Shown: positions 13,158 through 25,203, numbered from the stretch's first letter. The stretch: DNA of 64,000 bases from Tubiluchus corallicola (GCA_030141605.1 JAQGDQ010000889.1:1-64000), one strand, 5' to 3'. Translations and numbers: made by a program. Notes: a model not told the origin generated them from the sequence alone.

Positions 13158-13656
13158 CAGCCAACCTCGGATATAAGGGACACCTCCGGACCGGAAAAAA
13201 TCGTCCCTCATATCCGATGTCCCTGATAGCCGAACTAGAGTCAGACCGAGGGTGTATCTAGACCTGTACTTTTCTGTACTTTTACCCATATTTTTATGGA
13301 TTATTGCTACACATTCAGTGCATACAGTATGTAGGAATCTCCTTCAGTGATGTGAGATGTATGTGACCGCGGAACCAAGCTGTTCGAAGACCGAGTTTGT
13401 GAAAAACTGAGGTTAAAAATCGATCAATTTCGCCTTGATTATAGGGCCCCTTATATGCAAGGTAATTTATCTGGGTTTCTATTACGAGGGACCTGAAGAT
13501 ACCGTCCCTTATAACCTAAAGTCCCTTATATTCGAGTACCTTATATACGAAGATTTTTACATAGGAAGAACATTATGAAAAATCGGGTCCGGTGTTGGTG
13601 GTCCATTATAAGAGAGTGTCCCTTATAAGCGAGTACCTTATACCCGAGGTTGACTG
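13158..13656. mobile_element. Tc1/mariner-pogo (Tigger-like) MITE
   Basis: TA|CAGCCAACCTCGGATATAAGG ... CCTTATACCCGAGGTTGACTG|TA. Confidence 0.82.
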
Positions 13657-13950
13657 TATGTGATGCAACTTGAGCGACATGATAATTAATATTTTCATAG
13701 TTCATAGCTGAAAGCATGGTCGTAACAGTTTTGCTAATCCATTTTAAATAAAACAATAAAAATCATACAGTAAGACCGAGTTTGCGAACAATTGAGGTTG
13801 GAAATCGATCAAAAATCGTATCAGTCCTTATTCCAGCCAGTAAAAGCAGCTGCGTGAACGATCAAGCTCCAAAGTTTAGCTGAATTTTTACTTAATTAAT
13901 TGGTAGATTATTTTGATACTTCTGTTTAGTAATTTAGAGTTCATGTAAAA

Positions 13951-14368
13951 GCAACAGGGGGTGGGAGAGGCAGAGGGACAATTGCCACCCTTGCATTATT
14001 GTAAGCACACCGACTTTGTATAACAGGGGGTGGGGGAGGCAGAGGGACAATTGCCACCCTTGCATTATTGTAAGCACACCGACTTTGTATAACAGGGGGT
14101 GGGGGAGGCAGAGGGACAATTGCCACCTTTGCATTATTGTAAGCACACCGACTTTGTATAACAGGGGGTGGGGGAGGCAGAGGGACAATTGCCACCCTTG
14201 CATTATTGTAAGCACACCGACTTTGTATAACAGGGGGTGGGGGAGGCAGAGGGACAATTGCCACCTTTGCATTATTGTAAGCACACCAACTTTGTATAAC
14301 AGGGGGTGGGGGAGGCAGAGGGACAATTGCTACCCTTGCATTGTTGTAAGCACACCGACTTTGTATAA
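13951..14368. repeat. 69-bp G-rich tandem repeat, 6 copies
   Basis: Unit AACAGGGGGTGGGGGAGGCAGAGGGACAATTGCCACCCTTGCATTATTGTAAGCACACCGACTTTGTAT; 23-aa periodicity in the three overlapping ORFs. Confidence 0.95.
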
Positions 14369-14651
14369 GGACTACAAAAATAGGAAGAAATAAGAAAGGA
14401 TAAAAGAGAAAAAATGGTCAGAAAATGAAATTATTTCTTAGCTCATGTTTTTACTTACTAACATTCAAAAATGTAGAATTGTAGATATTATGTGTATATT
14501 TGTAATCGCAAATTGCTTTTGTGTCAATAAACTAATGTTTCTAGATGGTGTTCTTAAATCTTAGACCTGTTACATAGTCTTAATAATGATATTCAATAAG
14601 GATATTGCATTTTTCACTGTAAATTTTAGTTTTCCTTTCTTTTTGATACAG

Positions 14652-16264
14652 GTGTCGCCTCCTTATGTGACAAATCATTTTCTGAGCGAGGTCACCTTTT
14701 CAGGCACACGAACACTCATACTGGAATGAAACCCCACAAATGTGACTTATGTGACAAATCATTTTCTCAGCGAGGTCATCTTTTCAGGCACACGAACACT
14801 CATACTGGAATGAAACCCCACAAATGTGACTTATGTGACAAATCATTTTCTCGCCGTCATCATCTTCTCAAGCACATGAACACTCACACTGGAATGAAAC
14901 CCCACAAATGTGACTTATGTGACAAATCATTTTCTCGCCGTGATCATCTTCGCATGCACATGAACACTCACACTGGATTGAAACCCCACAAATGTGACTT
15001 ATGTGACAAATCATTTTCTCAGCGAGGTCATCTTCTCAGGCACATGAACACTCATACTGGAATGAAACCCCACAAATGTGACTTATGTGACAAATCATTT
15101 TCTCAGCGAGGTAATCTTCTCACGCACATGAACACTCATACTGGAATGAAACCCCACAAATGTGACTTATGTGACAAATCATTTTCTCAGCGAGGTAATC
15201 TTCTCAAGCACATGAACACTCATACTGGATTGAAACCCCACAAATGTGACTTATGTGACAAATCATTTTCTCAGCGAGGTAATCTTCTCAGGCACATGAA
15301 CACTCATACTGGATTGAAACCCCACAAATGTGACTTATGTGACAAATCATTTTCTCCGCGAGGTAATCTTCTCAAGCACATGAACACTCACACTGGATTG
15401 AAACCCCACAAATGTGACTTGTGTGACAAATCATTTTCTCAGCAAGGTAATCTTCTCAGGCACATGAACACTCATACTGGATTGAAACCCCACAAATGTG
15501 ACTTATGTGACAAATCATTTTCTCGGCGAGGTCATCTTCTCAGGCACATGAACACTCATACTGGATTGAAACCCCACAAATGTGACTTATGTGACAAATC
15601 ATTTTCTCAGCGAGGTAATCTTCTCAGGCACATGAACACTCATACTGGATTGAAACCCCACAAATGTGACTTATGTGACAAATCATTTTCTCAGCGAGGT
15701 AATCTTCTCAGGCACATGAACACTCATACTGGATTGAAACCCCACAAATGTGACTTATGTGACAAATCATTTTCTCAGCGAGGTAATCTTCTCAGGCACA
15801 TGAACACTCATACTGGATTGAAACCCCACAAATGTGACTTATGTGACAAATCATTTTCTCAGCGAGGTAATCTTCTCAGGCACATGAACACTCATACTGG
15901 ATTGAAACCCCACAAATGTGACTTATGTGACAAATCATTTTCTCGGCGAGGTAATCTTCTCAGTCACATGAACACTCATACTGGATTGAAACCCCACAAA
16001 TGTGACTTATGTGACAAATCATTTTCTGAGCGAGGTAATCTTCTCAGGCACATGAACACTCATACTGGATTGAAACCCCACAAATGTGACTTATGTGACA
16101 AATCATTTTCTGCGCGAGGTAATCTTTTCAGGCACATGAACACTCATACTGGATTAAAACCCCACAAATGTGACTTATGTGACAAATCATTTTCTCAGCG
16201 AGTTGATCTTCTCAGGCACATGAACACTCATACTGGATTGAAACCCCACAAATGTGATTTATGA
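14652..16264 (+). CDS. Tandem C2H2 zinc-finger array exon (18 intact fingers, 84-bp period)
   Basis: Strong polypyrimidine acceptor ...TTTTGATACAG at 14651; open frame VASLCDKSF... continues into ATG 14726; 18 x HKCDLCDKSFSxxxxLxxHMNTHTG(L/M)KP; a 19th finger is cut by a 2-bp loss giving TGA. No upstream coding exon identified. Confidence 0.93.
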
Positions 16265-17312
16265 CAAAGCATTTTCTTGGAAAGTAATAATAACTAATAA
16301 TAAAGTAATAATACAAAACTAATAGTAACTCGTTTTTTCTTCTACAGTCAAACCTCTGTTTTCAACCATAATTCGTTCCTAAAAAGTGTTTGAAAACCGA
16401 TTTCATTGAGAACCGAATCATTTATTCTCATAAGAAATAATGTAAAAGCAAATTATCCATTCTCAAGCACCAAATAAACTGTAAAGTATTACTAAAACGA
16501 AATCACGTTTGGCATTTTTGATTTATTTTTTGTAAAATCCTTTTTTCTTTTTTGATTTGTTTTTTTGTTTTTTTCTTCATATATGTTCTTGCAATCATAT
16601 TATGCAATCATGTTATTGTGTAAGTCATTTGAGTTATATGTATATTATATATATCTTGTATCTTCTGAACCGCTGAACTAGTATCCTATATTTGTTTCAT
16701 ACGATCGCGTCTTTTTGTCAATGTTCATTTCACCCATCAAAGCAATGACAGCATGATATTCCGTTTAAATGTTTATTGAGAAATGCCACAAAGTTTAAAA
16801 AAAACACAAACTGACAAACTTTTTCACTAGTCTAAATTTTAATTTATCCACCTCTTTTTTCTTAACAATTATAGTGTACAACATTCATTTATGTATATTA
16901 TCAAATTTGTACAAACAGTTTCAATAGATACCATCTCGATAAAATTAGTTTTTTAGCTGCAACTTCTCGTTTGCACCACACAGTAATAATAGTCAACATT
17001 TTTTATTGTCAAAGCATTATGACTATACATCTCACAATTGCCAAGAGCTTTATACAAAAATGCAAGACTTGTTTTGGAATTTTACTGTCGACGTCACGAT
17101 ACCTTGCGTAATCGAGGACTGTTTATATATAAATGCGTATAATTATTTTTGACCCAACAGGTGTCTAGCAAACTAAATTCTGATAATTTTAGACTGTTGT
17201 AATATCTAATATTTAGTTTACATAGATAAAAAACCTGCATGAAGCTGTTGGTATCCTTATAAACAATATATTAAACAATATGATGTAAAATACCTGCAGA
17301 ATTAATTTGTCA

Positions 17313-17895
17313 CTAGCAAATACCCCGTCAGGATGATGTCACAACAATGGCTTTGCGTCAGCAGTTTTCTCGAAAATAGAACATCTAATTAACTCCTCGC
17401 TACTTTTCTTTGTGGACGTGTCCTAAAATATAGCCCACATCATCGTGTAGCCCCGTTCTTCCTCTTTCTAAAGAGCTATATATCTCCTTCCGAGACTCCC
17501 ACCAGGCACCACTAGAACGTTTTTTCTGCAAGCTGTTTGGCCAAAATTTCGAAATAATCGCGAGTTGGGTCCGGGAAAACGCTCGTTACGTCGTGTACCT
17601 CTCGCGAATTCTAAATATGCCTACGACACCCACCACTGAATGGGCTATCTATCCATAGCCAGTACCACCCATGGCCCGTTCCCGTTATTCCCAGATTTCA
17701 GGTGTATAACTTTTGCAAAAGTTCCTCGCTGTGGGCCCGATTAGAAAAATAAACCCCCAATGGCACGACACTAGATTGAGACCTTTCGTTTGATGTATAG
17801 ATCGCCGCAAATGGTGCCGTCGTCGAAGCTGTAGCCTCGAATCTTATATATATATAAATATATTAAGCCCATACCAAGAGAATTAATATATGCGA
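17313..17895 (-). mobile_element. Non-autonomous Helitron, copy 2
   Basis: Minus strand A|TCGCATATATT ... TTTG-CTAG|T, inserted between host A and T with no TSD; homologous to 9138-9890 with an internal deletion near the 3' end. Confidence 0.85.
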
Positions 17896-18685
17896 TTACT
17901 ATATATGTAGGTAATGAATGTATATAATATATACAAAAAGTATCTAAAATTTATCAAGCAACTTTCAAAAGTCAATGACATTCATTGTGAAGTAGATAAA
18001 CTAAAAACAAAAACAAACGAAGCTTGAGCTTAAAAAATACAACAGCTGAAGTGAAAGTGCTGAACATAATGAATTGTTCAAAGTGTCAATCAGTTTCAAC
18101 AGAACATTTCAAGTCATAAATGAATTTTATCAAAATAAATTCTGAAGCGATGTACTTTTAGACCAAAAAAGTAGTTTTACGTACAAATTTTAACCAAAAA
18201 AACCAGATGCATAGCAAAAGGGGGGAAAGAATTGTGGAGGCAGAGGTTGGGAGTTGCCTCAAACTTCTACAATTTCGTTAATAATTCCACATTAACAATT
18301 AACAAAAGCTTTCAAACTAACGCAAAATCACTTGTCAAAGATCATCATTGCCGACTTAATTACTGCATATAGCCTAGAAAAAAGCCCAGCTGCTGATACT
18401 GCCTGTGAATCCCATTACTGTAATGTACATTACCTTTTACAATATCATTGCAATATCAAACAGAAGATACGTAGTTTTCTTGTAAAAATACATTTGTACC
18501 TTACTTATCAATCTGTTTTATAATAGACATACACTACAAATAACAAAGTTCTTTCCTACAACTACAAAGAATGTAACTGACATTCATTTTTAGGAACACT
18601 GAATGGATGATCAGAATAATTTGCAAACCACGTAAGCACACATAATAGAACATATTACATTCATTTGAAGTTACTTTCAAGTTAA

Positions 18686-19177
18686 CCCTTTCATACCCGT
18701 TGTATTCGGTGGGAAACGAGAATATTTTCTGCCTTTAAAATTATTAAAATTTTAAAACTGACAATTATTTGATCTGTTAATAGTTATTTTGATTTAAGCC
18801 AATGACAATAGACTAAAATGGTGATAAAATGGCAAACTAGAAAATCTACATAGCATAAAAAACTGCACAAGGTACAGTACTTTAGAGACGACTTTGTACA
18901 GATCAGCATAGCATGCATACTAAATGTGTTAAATACTTTAAAAATTATCAGCAGTTGCAAAATGAAGCACATTTTATGCTTCCATTGAATCCCAATGTAT
19001 CCCGTGGAATACAGGCTATATATAGCACACGGGCACAGGTAGAAAAAAACAATTATTATGTGTAAACAAGATGGACATACTGAACAAAAGTACCAAATTA
19101 TTATTATAATCATTACATAAATTTATTATTACTAACAAGGACCATCTTATTAAAAAAATAATTTGGGACTGAAAGGG
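18686..19177 (+). mobile_element. piggyBac-like MITE, family B
   Basis: TTAA|CCCTTTCA ... TGAAAGGG|TTAA; highly similar copies at 58994 and 62275. Confidence 0.9.
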
Positions 19178-19424
19178 TTAATAGTTGTGATATTAGGAAA
19201 CATTCGAATGTTATAACATGTGTGAAATAAGATGGTATCAATACTCCAGAACAAGGCATGAAACAAACGTCCAAAAGATTAAAAAAGTAGGACCAGAATA
19301 GTGTTCTTGCCTCTGGGAGCCAAACATCCTACTCCACCGAAAAAAGGAAAAGATGGTAAATAATTCTCAAATCTTAAGAAAGAAAATAAGCAGCACGTTA
19401 GCCTAATATGAGGGTCAAGTAGGC

Positions 19425-19889
19425 CAGGGGTGTGCAAATTGCGGCCCGCGGGTCACTTGCGGCCCGCCGAGAGAATTTGTGCGGCCAGGGCGATTAATTG
19501 AGTGTATCCAGCTGAAGTCCGTGCCACGATCCCAAAGATAGTGCGGGTAGTTTTTTCTACTAGATCGGATGCCATTAACCCTTACAAGACAGTTGTAGCT
19601 TAATGTCACTGTACTACACAGACTGTGTGATACACATTACTAATATGCATTGTAATAAAATTACCACTATCTGTCCTGAAAGTAGAAATATATGGTTTGT
19701 AATATAAATTTTAGTAACTTCTAAAATAGTTTCTTGGGTGTAGTAGGAATAATGTACGCAGGTCGGATGTAAAAAAAATTGTTATTAGGCCTTTCTGTAC
19801 TTGGCTCCTTGATCAAACTGCCTGTGGCACGCAGGTATTGCGGGAAAGTTTAATGTGGCCCGGCTAGTCAGATAATTTGCACACCCCTG
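19425..19889 (+). mobile_element. hAT MITE, family A
   Basis: CAGGGGTGTGCAAAT / ATTTGCACACCCCTG; TSD AAGTAGGC / AAGTAGGT. Confidence 0.92.
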
Positions 19890-20018
19890 AAGTAGGTACT
19901 TAGCAGTTTACAAATAGGCGAAACAGAATCTTAATTTTTCATATAAATAAGGTCTGTTCAAAGACCATTACCGGCACAAATAACAGGTGTAAATTCATAA
20001 GATCTGAACAGGTTTGAT

Positions 20019-20509
20019 TCACTCAACATAGAAGCAGTCTGGATCTTGAGTATATGTGAAATTATTATCACTAGCAGCAGAGCCGATGAGCCGTTGGGTA
20101 TCACTGCAAATTTCGGCAGTTTCATGTTTAACCCGTCCGGGCGCACACTCCTCTCTCCAGACCTCTTTTAATTTATCCAGCTTTTGATTGGCCCTTGATT
20201 CACGTTTTTTAAGTCGCCAATAAGCACGCTTTTCTTCAATGCTCAAAAGCAACTGTTTGTGCGTAGATAACTTCTTGCCAGTACCGCTATTTTTTGAACT
20301 GACATTATTGACGTCTCCTCTCAGTGCATGAGTCTGTGGCATAAAAGGCATCTCTTCTTTTTTAACGTGTGCATTTCCATGAGGGGCAACTTGCACCTGT
20401 CCTCTTCTCACAGGGAACTGCGACATTCTTGGTTGAGTATTTCCAGTCCTGTTCACAGTAGCACAATGAGTATTTCCAGACCCTTTCGCCACACCACACG
20501 CCTCATAGT
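20019..20509 (-). CDS. Coding exon 2 of the 23418-start gene (C-terminal basic helix EEKRAYWRLKKRESR)
   Basis: Acceptor CTTTCTTTCAG at 20520-20510; phase 1 matches the donor at 22859 (T|AC = Tyr) and joins the 20019-20492 frame; spliced product 349 aa. Confidence 0.7.
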
Positions 20510-20799
20510 CTGAAAGAAAGAATGGTAGAGTATTAACTGTTTATTGGCTATCATACAACATACGAAGTTCTGACAGGGCTTGTTGTTATTTAGGACTTTC
20601 AAATATTCGTGCGAAGCTTTCAGTAGTACCACAGAAAATATAAAAATGATTTCCCATATTTTACTGTTACTGACATTTGGTTAGGATGAATAAACAAATA
20701 CCACACAATTTGAAACCTAGTCGACATGCTTTAGTTCATTTCCCATTAGACAGTAATTAACAAAGAACTGCGATTTATATCCTGAACAGATAATAAACA

Positions 20800-20930
20800 A
20801 AAATAATATATAAAATAATAATAATAATAATATAAAAAATAATAAATAATAATAATAATAGTAGTAATCATAATCATAATAATAATAATAACAATAATAA
20901 TAATAATAATAATAAAATAATAATATATAA
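20800..20930. repeat. Imperfect (AAT)n microsatellite
   Basis: Direct reading. Confidence 0.9.
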
Positions 20931-21270
20931 AAGAAATAATCAGAAAGACAGTTTTTAAGTTGACTTAAGATAAAAGTTTAGTAGCTTGAAAATAATATTT
21001 TGGTTACAAAAAGTACTGAAAACAACTGGTACAGTGCAGTAGTACAACACACAGGTTTCAATCTACAGGGTACCTAAACAATCTGTACAAGGTGGTACGC
21101 AAAGCTTCTGCAAACAGAGTACAGAAACAACGAACTCATAATTATACACAACGATTTATTATATCCCTCATAAAATTACAAATCTATCACGCTATCTGTA
21201 TTTAGTTGAAAGCCATGGAGAGCGTTGTGGCAGCGGCCTAAAAGCTCAGTAATTTTCTCTGATTGAACAG

Positions 21271-21654
21271 TAGGGGTGAGCATCGAACGCTCGAATTCGA
21301 TTCGAACGAGTTTTTTTAGTTTGAACTCGATTCGAATCCAAAACTATAGATTCGAATAATTCTGCATTTCAATCACACATGCTCTTTATCACTAAAATGA
21401 TTGAAACATCATGAAATTAGCACAATTTAGCTGTGATTTCTATGCACAATTTTAAACAAATTACTAGTCGTTTTATTGCAGAACAAAATCTAGTGATATG
21501 CATGATCTTTGTAAGACAAATGTTTGCTGGTGGTTCGAAAACTTGTTCGAAAATCTTTCGGTTCGAATTCGAAACACTGAAGTTCGGTTCGATTCGAAAG
21601 TCACAAATTTGGTTCGATTCGAATTCGCTTTCTGTTAGAGAATGCTCACCACTA
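21271..21654. mobile_element. hAT-like MITE with TTCGA subterminal arrays
   Basis: TIR TAGGGGTGAGCAT / ATGCTCACCACTA; perfect 8-bp TSD TTGAACAG. Confidence 0.88.
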
Positions 21655-21741
21655 TTGAACAGATGGCACGGAAATTCACTTGACCTCAACCCTAGTAAAA
21701 CACACTGGGGTTATCCCAAAGAACAAAATGGCTGCTTAGAT

Positions 21742-22071
21742 CAGGGGTGTGCAAACTGCGGCCCACGCGATCCAGCTGAAGTCTGCGCCAATATTGCAAA
21801 GATAGTGCGGGTAGTTTTTTCCTCTAGATCGGATGGCATTAACCCTTACAAGACCGTTGTCACTTAATGTCACTGTCGGACATGACGAAATATATGGTTT
21901 TTAATATAAATTTTAACAACTTCTAAAATAGTTTCTTGAGTGTAGTAGTGCAGTAGTAATGATGTGTGCAAATCGGGTGCAAAAAATCGTTAGTAGGTCC
22001 TACTGTACTTGGCTCCTTGACCAAACTGCATGTGGCCCACAGGAATTGCGGGAACGTTTAATGTGGCCCTG
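21742..22071 (+). mobile_element. hAT MITE, family A (right end partly deleted)
   Basis: CAGGGGTGTGCAAA start; perfect TSD GCTTAGAT. Confidence 0.88.
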
Positions 22072-22859
22072 GCTTAGATAATCTGAAAACGTTCAACATG
22101 ACAATGACCAACAATCTGGAGACAACCTTATCAAACATCTGCACAGTACGTTGGCAAACCTCAAGTTCTGTGAGGTCACTGCTCTCATTAATATAATGTG
22201 ACGATGCTCAACAGGTTACTGAACACTTTCTCGCTCCATTTCATCTTTCATTCACTACTCCCCCATCTTTATGTATATATTATCATCATTTCATTATTTG
22301 TTTATGAAACCAATGTAAAAATTGGTCCTTGAAATGCGATAACCAAAGTGGTATATTTATAATTGTATAGTGGTATATTTATGTATATATTATCATTATT
22401 TCAATTATTAATCACTTCTTTAAGATTTCCACGTACAGTTTGGCCTGTCAAGCTATGCTTTTAGGCTCAAACTGTATGCATCAAAATTATTCTGTAATGT
22501 AATTTGCACATGTATATGCTGCAGTTTGTAATTTCTGGATAATACTGCATTTATATTTATATTTACTTCCGTGAAATTATCTGTATTTTTATTATAATTG
22601 TTAGATGCAGAGTGGAAATAAATAAACTTATAACTTATTACACCCTCAAGATTACAGGCTGTGTGAGGCATCAGAACCTTTCACCCTAAATTTTAAGGAT
22701 ACGCTAAACTAGCAAAAAATTATTGTGTTCAGCAATACATTGATGTAATAAATAGTTCTGTAACATTACCTGTTATTTCTGTACTCCCCTAGCAAAAGGT
22801 TGTGCATCACCTGTACATATAACAAATTTCTTAGTTAAAAATTCGAATCTATCACTTAC

Positions 22860-23418
22860 ATTGCAAGCTACTCGTATTTAATGCACTTGCTCCACCAACT
22901 GAACAAACATTATTGTTAACCTGATGTCTTTTACCAGTCTGAATACGACTTTTGTTCGATTGAAAAACTGTTGGTGATTTTACAGCACAAATGTCCAAAG
23001 ATCCTCTAAAATTATAGCTGTTTGACTGAAGGTGAGTGGAGCCAGTAGCGACCTCGAGTCCACAGTTGTAGCTCTCGGAATTTGCCAAACTGTTTTGTCT
23101 TGGCGCTTCAGATGGAGCTGTATCACATATATCACCTCCTGAATCAAATACCAAGCCAAGCTGTACAAGATCTGGATCTGAACAACCATAATCAACAATG
23201 TCTCCACTGTTTTCGTCATAGCCGTCTGGAGGTACGATGACAAGATCATCGCTGAAATTCTCTAACTTGACTGCAACCCCTTCAGCATTCTCATTACAAG
23301 TATCTAACCCTTCTGAGACCAGAATCTTGCAGTGCCACGTTTTTGTGTGCATGACGAAGTCTTGTTCTGACATGAAGCATTCTGAACATGCCGTACATTT
23401 GTAAATGAGGTCTTGCAT
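22860..23418 (-). CDS. Coding exon 1 of a paralogue of the 4899-5726 gene (N-terminal C2H2-like module)
   Basis: MQDLIYKCTACSECFMSEQDFVMHTKTWHCKILVSEG closely matches the N-terminus of 5726; upstream acceptor TTTTTCTCTGTTCTTAG at about 23488; consensus donor GTAAGT at 22859-22854. Confidence 0.82.
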
Positions 23419-23846
23419 GTTAAGAGCGGAAATCTTCTAGGCAGTTATTTGTTTGGACCTTGGAAGAAACTTTATGAATGACCTCCCCTAAGAACAGAGA
23501 AAAACAGTCTGAGTATTTTTAAACATCACGATCAGCAATAAGAAATTTTCATTAACAAAATAACAAACTCAGATTATCATGATATGGGTGCACATCGACG
23601 ATCGATGTGTCGTTACAGGTCTACTAATTACTATTAATTAGTTAATCAATTACACCAAATGATATGCTTAATTAATAAAAATTTAATAGTATGATATGTT
23701 TCTAGATAGTAAGTGACTATACTTTTACATCTCCAAAATTGCTAAAGTAGCCAGTTTTTTATTTGACGGACTGATAAGTTATAAGCTGCAATTTTTGTTT
23801 ATCATACACAGACTTACTAAATTGCTTACACATACTATATACTATA

Positions 23847-24471
23847 CTGGTAGTCGTCGACTTACTACCACAATCGGTGATGCAGCGGACTGGCTGTAAG
23901 ACGTATCAGGCAAAATTAGACCCGCATATTGAAGTGGTGCACTCCTACATGCAACACATTGTGTGTGTATGTGCACTAAGTATGGTTGCATCTATGATTA
24001 CATCAAAACAGATAACAATTTGCAGTTAATTTGTTTAAAAAACAAAAGGAAACATGAGTTATAGTTGGTTTCATATACAGTCAACCCTCGTTAAACCGGA
24101 CTAATTGGGGGGGGGGGGGATCCGGTTTAGCGGATTGTCCGATTTATCCGATATGCCTATATATGGTATATATTATACAGGAATAATCACCTTAATAAGG
24201 CCTATATACATTGCACTATATACTATACTGTATATTACTTTAAAATAGTTAACCTGTGAGGATAAAGAAATTATTGTACAGTTGGTAGGCCGTGTTGTAT
24301 TTCGCGCTCCGGCTCGGGCGGAAATCGGTCAGTTTCCTTTACCACGGATGACGTCCGTCTTATCCGATATCTGGGCTAACGGGGTCCGGTTTAACGAGGG
24401 TCGACTGTAATTAGTTAATTAAGTCGCAGTCGGGTCATAAAGTCGAACAGTCGTAAGTCGACGACTACCTG
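23847..24471. mobile_element. Tigger/pogo-like MITE hosting a nested MITE
   Basis: TA|CTGGTAGTCGTCGACTTAC ... GTAAGTCGACGACTACCTG|TA. Confidence 0.78.
24078..24407. mobile_element. Tigger/pogo-like MITE (nested)
   Basis: TA|CAGTCAACCCTCGTTAAACCGGAC ... GTCCGGTTTAACGAGGGTCGACTG|TA. Confidence 0.88.
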
Positions 24472-25061
24472 TACCGGCATTTCTTGGAAGGGAAGAAATG
24501 GATGGTTATAGTGTGAGCTTAGCGATATAATAAAGCAGTACTGAACCCGTTATTATTAATATTAACGGGCTTATAACCAGATGTTTACTTCGTATTGGCA
24601 ACGGCTGCTAATTTCAGGACCTCACTGGAATAAACTTTTTCTTTAGATGTTGCAAACTAAAGTTACAAAATCCTGAATCGTCTTTTCAATCATTCAGTTT
24701 CATTTTTATTCAACTTTTCCAGTTTTTAACTTTTCACAGAACAATAATGGGAAGTACCAGAAATCTTCATGACAAATGTTCTGGTGCTACATTGTGTTTT
24801 TGCAATGACTGCCACGTAACTTAATTACTTTATTCAGTTGTTGTCTACAACTTAAATCCAGCTCTTAGCAGCCTGTCCTATTTAGTGTAGAATTGTAGAT
24901 CGCTACTTCAGGCTAGATGTCGCGGAAGGAATTTAGCTGATTGTCATGGCTAACCTCTACATGGCTAGACAATGAAAAATTAGAGAATTGACTTTGGAAA
25001 TACACATGTACATTCCTTTGTCAACAAGGCAAATAACCAGTGGAGAAGAGAAAGAGAGAGA

Positions 25062-25062
<1 letters not shown>

Positions 25063-25144
<82 letters not shown>

Positions 25145-25203
25145 CGTGTGTGTGTGTGTGTGTGTGCGTGCATGTGGGTGTGCGTGTGCGTGTGTGTGTG
25201 TGT
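25063..25203. repeat. (TG)n microsatellite
   Basis: Direct reading. Confidence 0.98.

Noticed and set aside
13934-14393. Three overlapping repetitive ORFs (poly-Pro etc.)
   Set aside because: By-product of a 69-bp tandem repeat open in several frames; no splice or domain support.
14652-16264. Naming the finger array PRDM9
   Set aside because: No KRAB, SSXRD or PR/SET exons recognisable upstream; only the evolutionary pattern is similar.
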